Assembly (NCBI GenBank): GCA_963804645.1
Contig: CAWDRG010000004.1
Location: forward strand, 64,001-128,000
Source: an uncultured Bacillota bacterium
GTDB taxonomy: Bacteria; Sysuimicrobiota; Sysuimicrobiia; Sysuimicrobiales; Segetimicrobiaceae
Direction: 5' to 3'
DNA: 64,000 bases
Below the pieces are notes generated by a model that saw only the letters and a list, made by a program, of their open reading frames with translations, searched no databases and was not told where the DNA came from. Below are positions 57,134 through 64,000 of this stretch, piece after piece. Each line of letters starts with the position of its first letter. The first letter of the stretch is position 1. Both the position numbers and the translations under genes were made by a program.

Positions 57134-59280
57134 TCATCCGGCGGCTGCGTGTGCGGCGGTTCCGCAAGCTCGTCGACCAGGACTTCGTGTGCGGGCCCGG
57201 ACTGAACGTGGTGCGCGGGCCGAACGACGCCGGAAAATCGACGCTGCACCTGGCGTTCTCCGCCGCGCTGTTCCCGTCGCTGCCGCGGGAAGTGAAGTCC
57301 TACGGACCGTGGGGCGAGGATCATCCCGGCGAGATCTCGGTGGAGTTCGAAAGCGACGGCGACACGTTCCGCCTGCGGAAGGACTTCGCCGGGCGCAAGA
57401 TCGTCCTCGAGAGCAGCCGGGAGACGCTCGAGGTCCCCAAGCTGATCGAGGCGCGCATCGGCGAGCTCGTCGGGGTGTCGAGCGTGAACCTGTTCCGGTC
57501 GACGCTGCACATCGGCCAGTGGGAGCTCAGCGCGCTCGATGAAGGGGCGCAGCGCGAGATCGGCAGCCGGCTCTCGCGGATCGTCACGGGCGGAGACACG
57601 GATGGGGTGCGCGTCCTGAGCGATCTCGAGAAGTACATCGCGGAGCAGGAAGTGGGGCTGACGCGCCCCGCGAAGAACCCCGGGCCCCTGAAGCGCGAGC
57701 ACGACGAACTCGCGAGGCTCGCGGAGCTGCGGTCGCGCCTCTCGGGCGAGGTCCAGGACACGGAGCGGGCGGCCGCCGAGCGCGACCGCCTCGCGGAGCG
57801 CTGCGCCGAGGAGGACAGTCAGGTGCGCGCCGACGAGGCCCTCGCGGAGGCCAACCGGCGCCTGCGCGAGGTCGACCAGCAGTGCGAGGTGCTCTCCCGC
57901 CGCGCCGAGGAACTGCAGGCGGGGCTCGCGCAGGCCGACGCGGCGTCGAACGAGCTGGCCGCGGCGGTGACGGAGGTGGAGTCGCTGGAGCCCGCACCGG
58001 ACCCTGCCGCGGCGGAGGCCCTCCGCGCCGGCGTGGTGCGTGAGAAGCTGCTGCAGGAGGCGATGGACGAGGCCGAAGAGGCGGCGCGGCTCGTGATCGG
58101 GGACCGGCCGGGGCGCAGCGCGCTGGCGTCGTCGGCGCCGCGGCCGGCGTGGGCGGTGTTCGGTTTGGTGGCCGCCGGGGCCGCCATGGCGGTCGGGCTG
58201 ACGCTGCTGCTCACCGGCCACGCGTACTGGGGCACGGCGACCGTCCTCGGCGGGGCGCTGCTTGCGGTCATCATCGGATTCGCGGCATGGGCGAGCGTCA
58301 CCGAGGGCCGGTACCGCGAGCGCGCGGACGCTGCGGAGAAGACACTCGCGGCCAGGCGCCGCGACGTAGAGGATGCGGCCGAGACGACGCGCGCGCAGCT
58401 GATGGCGCTCGGGGCGACGTCGGTGGCCGACGCGCTGGGACGGGCCGCGCGTGCCGAGGAGGCGCGGCAGAAGCGCGACGCCGCCCAGCGGGTGCTCGAA
58501 GGCCTCCAGCGCGGGCGCGACCGCGAGGCCATCACGAAAGAGCTGTCCCAGACCCTCGTCAACCTCGGGGTCGCCCGAACCGTGCGGGAGGACCCGGAGC
58601 TCGCGCTGAAGCGGCTGGATCCCGCGGCCTACCAGCGCCTCGGGGGCGAGGCGAAGCAGCGGCGCGAGGGGTTGGAGCGGATGAAGCGCGACCTCCAGCG
58701 CCTCGAGGGGCGCCTCGCCATGCAGTCCCGGTACTCGGATCTCGCGGCGGTGGAGGAGCAGATCGCCGAGCTCGAGGCGCGCGCCGCGCGCCGGGCGCGC
58801 CAGATGAACGCGCTGCGCTTGGCCCGCAACGTCCTCGACGCCGCCCACCGCGAGACGGTGGTGTCGGGGAAGGCCGTGCTCGAGGAGCACGCCGGCCGCT
58901 ATCTCCGGGAGCTGTCCGGCGGGGCCTACGAGCGCATCCAGGTGGACGAGCAGACGCTGGCTCCTCGGGTGTGGGTCGGCGGGCCGAAGGAGTGGGCGGA
59001 CGTCGAAGCCCGCGAGGTCGGCAGCGCGGGCGTGCACCAGTGCTATCTGGCACTGCGCCTTGCGCTGGTCGACGTGCTCTACGGCGACCGGAAGCCTCCG
59101 CTGTTTCTGGACGATCCGTTCCTGGCGTACGATGCGGACCGCCAGGCCTCCGCGATCACGTGCCTGCAGGCCATCGCGCGCGACCGGCAGATCTTCTTGT
59201 TTACGTGCCGCGACGCGTACGACGCGGCGGCAGACCGTCTGATCGTGCTGGGCGGCGGGGAGCGGGTCCCGGCGGGGTAA
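57130..59280 (+). CDS. Rad50/SbcC/YhaN-like SMC-type ATPase with a central transmembrane hairpin
   Basis: Walker A GPNDAGKST, coiled coils, hydrophobic 58150-58299, signature-like SAG..QCYLALRLA, Walker B LFLDDPF, LFTC. Confidence 0.88.
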   Translation: MIIRRLRVRRFRKLVDQDFVCGPGLNVVRGPNDAGKSTLHLAFSAALFPSLPREVKSYGPWGEDHPGEISVEFESDGDTFRLRKDFAGRKIVLESSRETLEVPKLIEARIGELVGVSSVNLFRSTLHIGQWELSALDEGAQREIGSRLSRIVTGGDTDGVRVLSDLEKYIAEQEVGLTRPAKNPGPLKREHDELARLAELRSRLSGEVQDTERAAAERDRLAERCAEEDSQVRADEALAEANRRLREVDQQCEVLSRRAEELQAGLAQADAASNELAAAVTEVESLEPAPDPAAAEALRAGVVREKLLQEAMDEAEEAARLVIGDRPGRSALASSAPRPAWAVFGLVAAGAAMAVGLTLLLTGHAYWGTATVLGGALLAVIIGFAAWASVTEGRYRERADAAEKTLAARRRDVEDAAETTRAQLMALGATSVADALGRAARAEEARQKRDAAQRVLEGLQRGRDREAITKELSQTLVNLGVARTVREDPELALKRLDPAAYQRLGGEAKQRREGLERMKRDLQRLEGRLAMQSRYSDLAAVEEQIAELEARAARRARQMNALRLARNVLDAAHRETVVSGKAVLEEHAGRYLRELSGGAYERIQVDEQTLAPRVWVGGPKEWADVEAREVGSAGVHQCYLALRLALVDVLYGDRKPPLFLDDPFLAYDADRQASAITCLQAIARDRQIFLFTCRDAYDAAADRLIVLGGGERVPAG

Positions 59281-59334
59281 CGGCAGCTCCATTCCCGCGC
59301 CGTTTCGGCGCGGTGGAATGACGGACGTCGTTCG

Positions 59335-60060
59335 CTATCGCGAGGCGAGCACCCGGATGTCGGTGACCAGGTCGTTCGGGTCGAAGTTCCCCGGCAGGAA
59401 GAGCGTGATCTTACCCGAGGGATCAATCACGTAGACGATCGCGGTGTGCCCGACCTGGTCGGGTGTGGGCGCGGCCGCGGCCGACGCCGCGGGGTTGACC
59501 TCCTTGGCATCGCTGCCCACGTAATAGTGGGCCCACACCGGCTGAAGCTGGGCGAACGTCCCCCGCAGGTACGTCAGTTCTCCGCGCACGTGGTGGGCGT
59601 CCAAGAACCCCCGCACGGCCTCGGGCGTGTCGCCGTTCGGGTCGACGCTGACCGCGAGGAACGCGGTGTGGGCCGCGGTCGGGCCCAACTGCTCGTAGGT
59701 GTGGTGTAACGCGTCGGCGATCAACGGGCACACGTCCGGGCAGTGCGCGTAGAGAAACGTCATCACGACGACTTTCCCGCGGGAGTCGGAGAGGGAGACC
59801 GCCCGGCCGTCCTGGTCGGGCAGCCGGAAGTCGTACGCCGCGATCGGGGGGTTCAGGAGCGCGCCGGCGAGCGCCGGCGGCGCAAACCGGGACCGCAGGG
59901 TGGCGCCGGTGGCCGCCACCGCGGCCGCGACGACGACCGCCAAGGCGACGTACAGCCAGCGGCTGTCTCGGCGGGGCTCCTGTGCTGCGGGTGGGGTCTC
60001 GGACGGAGCGCCCTCGGGGGCCGCCCCGCCGGGTTCTGGGCCGGTCGACAACGAGATCAC
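59335..60060 (-). CDS. SCO1/SenC copper chaperone
   Basis: TM anchor, FLYAHCPDVCP (CxxxC), SVDP..DTPE, VGHT.IVYVIDP. Confidence 0.92.
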   Translation of the reverse strand: MISLSTGPEPGGAAPEGAPSETPPAAQEPRRDSRWLYVALAVVVAAAVAATGATLRSRFAPPALAGALLNPPIAAYDFRLPDQDGRAVSLSDSRGKVVVMTFLYAHCPDVCPLIADALHHTYEQLGPTAAHTAFLAVSVDPNGDTPEAVRGFLDAHHVRGELTYLRGTFAQLQPVWAHYYVGSDAKEVNPAASAAAAPTPDQVGHTAIVYVIDPSGKITLFLPGNFDPNDLVTDIRVLASR

Positions 60061-60202
60061 CTCTTTCTGAGTTCACGCTAACAAGCGTTGCCGCGGGGTG
60101 TCAAGGCGCGGTCGGGCGAGCGGGCCCGTCCGAAACCCACGCCGGTTCGCGGCCTGGCACGAGGCTGGAGCGGTCCGGGAGCCGGCGCCGTTTCCGCCGC
60201 CA

Positions 60203-60232
60203 TTGACCCCCTCCGGTCGCGCAGGATACAAT
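60203..60232 (+). promoter_or_regulatory. sigma70 promoter of rny
   Basis: TTGACC-18-TACAAT in an AT-rich patch. Confidence 0.6.
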
Positions 60233-60335
60233 AATGTGTGACATTGTGTTAAATATCGCAGCAGAGAGCCGGCCGGCAATTGCGGGCCGAGACGGAGGGG
60301 TCGCAGAGACGCAGCGGACCTGAGACAAAAGGGAG

Positions 60336-61895
60336 GTGACCACCACGAGCGCCGTAGTGTATGTGCTGGCGGGCGCGGTCGGGTTGGCAGGTTTCCTCCT
60401 TGGTTACTTTCTGCGGAAGTTCGCCGGCGAGGCGAAGATTGGGACGGCGGAGACGGCGGCTCAGCGCATTCTGGAAGACGCGAGGGCCGAGGCGCACAGG
60501 GAGGCAGAACGGCAGCAGCGGGAAGCACTCCTGGAGGCCAAGGACGAGGCGTTTCGCCTCAAGCGGGACGCCGAACGCGAAATTCGGGATCAGCGGGCCG
60601 AAGTGCAGCGCCTGGAACGGCGGCTGGTTCAACGGGAAGAGAACCTCGACCGCAAGTTGGAGGCGCAGGAGAAACGGGAACAGACCCTCGCGCAGCGTGA
60701 GCAGGAGGTCGCCAAGGTTAGGAGCGACATCGAGGAAGTGCACCAAGCGGGTCGCGCGGAGTTGGAACGGGTCAGTGGGTTGACCGCGGAGCAGGCCCGA
60801 GGGGAACTGCTCCAGCGGGTCGAGGCGGAGTCCAGGCACGACGCGCTCCAAACGGCCCGAAAGATCGAAGCGGAAGTCAGAGACGACGCCGAGCGGCGGG
60901 CTCGTGAGATCCTGGCGCTCGCGATTCAGCGGTGCGCGGCGGATCACACCGCCGAAGTGACTGTGTCGGTGATTCCCCTGCCGAACGACGAGATGAAGGG
61001 GCGGATCATCGGACGCGAGGGGCGGAACATTCGTTCGCTCGAGAGCCTGACCGGTGTGGATTTCATCATCGATGACACCCCGGAGTCCGTGACGCTGTCG
61101 TCGTTTGATCCGATCCGGCGTGAGATCGCGAAGATGACGCTGGAGAAGCTGCTGGCCGACGGGCGCATTCACCCGGCCCGGATCGAAGAGATGGTCGAGA
61201 AGTCCCAGCGCGAGGTCGACGGCCGCATCCGGGAGGCCGGCGAGCGGGCGGCATTCGAGGCTGGGGTGCACGGTCTGCATCCCGAGGAGCTGAAGCTGCT
61301 CGGGCGTCTGAACTTCCGGTTCAGCTACGGGCAGAACCTCCTGCAGCATTCGATCGAGGTCGCGCTGCTCGCAGGCTTGATGGCGACGCAGCTGGGCGCC
61401 GATCCGGAGATCGCGCGCCGGGCGGGATTCGTGCACGACATCGGCAAGGCCCTCACCCACGAGGTCGAGGGGACCCACAGCGACATCGGCATGGATATCG
61501 CCCGGCGGTATCACGAGCCGCCCCAGGTGCTCAACGCGATCGCGTATCACCACGGCGACGCGGAGGCGGAGTGCGTGGAGGCGGTCCTCGTGGCGGCCGC
61601 GGACGCGATTTCGGCGTCCCGACCGGGGGCGCGCAAAGAAACCGTGGAGATGTACGTCAAGCGGCTGGAGAACCTGGAGCGGATCGCCACATCGTTCGTC
61701 GGCGTGGAGCGCGCGTACGCGATTCAGGCCGGGCGTGAGATCCGCGTGCTGGTCAGGCCGCTCGAGATCGACGATTCGAGTGCCGCGGTGCTGGCGCGGG
61801 CGATGGCCAAGAAGATCGAGGAAGAGCTCGAATACCCGGGGCAGATCAAGGTCACGGTGCTGCGCGAGACGCGCGCCATCGAATACGCCAAGTAG
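60336..61895 (+). CDS. rny: Ribonuclease Y
   Basis: N-terminal TM, coiled coil, [45 protein letters not shown]. Confidence 0.97.
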   Translation: MTTTSAVVYVLAGAVGLAGFLLGYFLRKFAGEAKIGTAETAAQRILEDARAEAHREAERQQREALLEAKDEAFRLKRDAEREIRDQRAEVQRLERRLVQREENLDRKLEAQEKREQTLAQREQEVAKVRSDIEEVHQAGRAELERVSGLTAEQARGELLQRVEAESRHDALQTARKIEAEVRDDAERRAREILALAIQRCAADHTAEVTVSVIPLPNDEMKGRIIGREGRNIRSLESLTGVDFIIDDTPESVTLSSFDPIRREIAKMTLEKLLADGRIHPARIEEMVEKSQREVDGRIREAGERAAFEAGVHGLHPEELKLLGRLNFRFSYGQNLLQHSIEVALLAGLMATQLGADPEIARRAGFVHDIGKALTHEVEGTHSDIGMDIARRYHEPPQVLNAIAYHHGDAEAECVEAVLVAAADAISASRPGARKETVEMYVKRLENLERIATSFVGVERAYAIQAGREIRVLVRPLEIDDSSAAVLARAMAKKIEEELEYPGQIKVTVLRETRAIEYAK

Positions 61896-61974
61896 TCGGG
61901 CACGGGACGTGCGCGGGCGGGGGATGGGCGGCGGCTCATCCCCCGACGCGTGCGTCGCGGAAAGGGAGCGGATC

Positions 61975-62763
61975 GTGCGGATTCTCTTCATCGGGGACGT
62001 CGTGGGGAAGCCGGGCCGGCGGATCGTCACCGCGCTCCTCCCCGCGCTGCGCCGGGAGGCCGGCGCGGACCTCGTGATCGCGAACGGCGAGAACTCGGCC
62101 GGTGGGTTCGGCATCACCCACGAGACGTTCGAAGACCTGCTCGCCGCGGGTGTCGACGTGGTCACCGGGGGCAACCATACCTGGCACGCCCGGGACAGCG
62201 CGGCGTTGCTCGACAGCGATCCGCGTCTGCTGCGTCCTGCCAACTACCCCGCGGGCACCCCGGGCCGCGGAGCCGGCGTCTTCCACACGAACGGCGTGCC
62301 GCCGGTGCCGGTCGGCGTGCTGAACCTTGAAGGGCGCGTCTTCATGCAGCCGCTCGCGTCGCCGTTCGAGCGGGGACGAGAGGAGGCCGCGCGGCTTCGT
62401 GCCGAGGCGGCGGTGGTGGTCGTCGACTTCCACGCCGAGGCCACGTCGGAGAAGATCGCGCTCGGGTGGTACCTGGACGGCCGCGTCTCGGCGGTGCTCG
62501 GCACGCACACGCACGTCCAGACCGCCGACGAACGGGTCCTGCCGGACGGCACCGCGTTCATCACGGACGTCGGCATGACGGGCCCGCGCGACTCGATCAT
62601 CGGCATGGCCCGGGAGGAAGTGCTTCAGCGGTTTCTGACCCTCCTGCCCGCGCGGTTCGAGGTCGCCGGGGGCCCGGCGCAGCTCAGCGCCGTGGTGGTC
62701 GACGTCAACGAGCAGACCGGCCGGGCGCGCGGGATCGAGCGGGTGAGCCGGACCCAGGCGTAG
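61975..62763 (+). CDS. ymdB: YmdB-family metallophosphoesterase
   Basis: LFIGDVVGKPGR, NGEN.AGG.G, TGGNH, RPANYP, DFHAEATSEK, GTHTHVQTAD, TDVGMTGP. Confidence 0.93.
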   Translation: MRILFIGDVVGKPGRRIVTALLPALRREAGADLVIANGENSAGGFGITHETFEDLLAAGVDVVTGGNHTWHARDSAALLDSDPRLLRPANYPAGTPGRGAGVFHTNGVPPVPVGVLNLEGRVFMQPLASPFERGREEAARLRAEAAVVVVDFHAEATSEKIALGWYLDGRVSAVLGTHTHVQTADERVLPDGTAFITDVGMTGPRDSIIGMAREEVLQRFLTLLPARFEVAGGPAQLSAVVVDVNEQTGRARGIERVSRTQA

Positions 62764-62957
62764 CCGGGGGCGGGCCGCCCCAGGAAGGGGGGCCGCCGCG
62801 GGGCCGGAGGCGGTGGGGGAGGGGAGGCGGGCATCCCCTCCGGCACGCCCGCCGGGGAAGGATTCCTGGAAATGCCCGCGAAGCAACCCAGTCCACCGGC
62901 GCCCGTGCCGGACAGACGCAGTCACAGCAATGGACGCCCCCGAGGAGGCTTGCGCGC

Positions 62958-63218
62958 ATGGACGTGCTCAAAGTAGCAGCCAAGTCGAACCCAACCGCAG
63001 TGGCCGGAGCCCTGGCCGGTGTCGTACGGGAGAAGGGCACGGCTGAACTCCAGGCGATCGGGGCCGCCGCGATCAACCAGGCCGTGAAGGCGATCGCGAT
63101 CGCGCGCGGCTATGTTGCTCCGGCCGGGATGGACCTGGTCTGCGTTCCCGCCTTTGCGGACGTGCAGATCGACGGGGAGGATCGAACCGCGATCAAGCTG
63201 ATCGTCTCCCCCCGATAG
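62958..63218 (+). CDS. spoVS: Stage V sporulation protein S homolog
   Basis: MDVLKVAAKSNPTAVAGALAG...QAIGAAAINQAVKAIAIARGYVAP; RBS GAGGAGG. Confidence 0.93.
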   Translation: MDVLKVAAKSNPTAVAGALAGVVREKGTAELQAIGAAAINQAVKAIAIARGYVAPAGMDLVCVPAFADVQIDGEDRTAIKLIVSPR

Positions 63219-63228
63219 GAGCCCCCTC

Positions 63229-64000
63229 ACGCGGATCGATCTGCATACGCACAGCACGGCGTCCGACGGCGTGCTGACCCCCGCACGCCTCCTGCAGGAG
63301 GCGCAGGCGCGGGGGGTCCAGGTGCTCGCGCTGACGGACCACGATACCACGGACGGGCTCGCGGAGGCCGCCGCCGCGGGCCGAGCGCGGGGGATCGACG
63401 TAATCCCCGGCGTCGAGATCAACACGGACGTGGGTCCGCACGAGGTGCACATCCTCGGCTACTTCGTCGATCACACCCGCGCCGCGTTTCAAGAGTTTCT
63501 CGGGAGGATGCGGGACGGCCGGATCGCCCGCGCGGAGGAGATGGTGCGCCGGCTCGCCGCGCTCGGCGCGCCCGTGTCGTGGGAGCGCGTCCAGGTCATC
63601 GCGGCGGGGGCCGCGGTCGGTCGACCGCACGTCGCGAGGGCGCTGCTCGAGGCCGGATGGGTCGGCACGAATCAGGAGGCGTTCGCGCGGTACCTCGGGC
63701 GGTCGGGCCCCGCGTACGTCGCACGGCTGAAGCTGACGCCGGAAGGCGCCGTCGAAGAGATTCGCCGGGCCGGCGGCGTGCCGGTCCTGGCGCACCCGGG
63801 CTGGCCGCAGAGCGGCCCAATCATCGAGCGGGTGCCGCAGCTGGTCGCGCACGGGCTGGCCGGAATCGAGGCCTACTATCCGGATCATACCGCCGAGATG
63901 ACTGCGGCCTACCTCGATGTGGCCCGCCGGTATGGGCTTGTGGTGACCGGCGGGACCGATTACCATGGTGGGGGGATCGCGACACGGGTGCCGCTCGGGA
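63229..64000 (+). CDS. PHP-domain phosphoesterase (TrpH/YciV-like); runs off the window end, start codon non-canonical or uncertain
   Basis: Translated by hand: RIDLHTHSTASDG, ALTDHDT, IPGVEI, VHILGY, GRPHVA, VLAHPG, TGGTDYHG. Confidence 0.85.

Noticed and set aside
60061..60335. 6S RNA or riboswitch upstream of rny; short AATGT-N3-ACATT palindrome near 60233
   Set aside because: The leader after the promoter is only ~100 nt with no recognisable motif, and the palindrome is too short to assign
62958..63218. spoVS as evidence of sporulation
   Set aside because: SpoVS is widespread in non-sporulating bacteria, and no other sporulation genes are present here

Overview
Chromosomal window from a very GC-rich bacterium. 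The right half follows a Firmicute-like gene order (efp, rpsO-pnp-M16 peptidase-dapB-asd-dapA-udg-rnj-ftsK-rodZ-cinA-thpR-recA-recX ... rny-ymdB-spoVS-PHP), yet the window also encodes an outer-membrane secretin. That suggests a diderm Terrabacterium such as an Armatimonadota/CSP1-3-like lineage (inference only). The left ~31 kb is a type IV pilus (T4P) region: pilQ, a TPR-lytic transglycosylase, pilMNO, two minor pilins, two major-type pilins, pilC, pilB with an MshEN motif, pilD and a pilP-like gene. Mixed in are two paralogous GT-C (PMT/GT39-like) glycosyltransferases, an O-antigen-ligase/O-OTase-like gene, a HEAT-repeat plus degenerate HD-GYP pair, a GAF-HisKA_3/NarL two-component system, fur and kdpE-kdpD. 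A third pilin paralog lies after efp, next to an intact IS256-family element. The most notable signals are: (1) a LexA-boxed recA-recX operon extended by a single-chain UvrD helicase/Fe-S PD-(D/E)XK nuclease, an Mre11-like nuclease and a Rad50/YhaN-like ATPase with a central membrane hairpin; (2) a shared 37-38 bp DosR/NarL-like double box abutting the -35 of three pilus promoters; (3) a putative c-di-GMP module upstream of pilB; (4) three candidate pilin glycosylation enzymes. The first ~5.5 kb carries many frameshifts, most likely sequence errors. I found no tRNA, rRNA or CRISPR array. All calls come from reading motifs by eye; no database searches were run.
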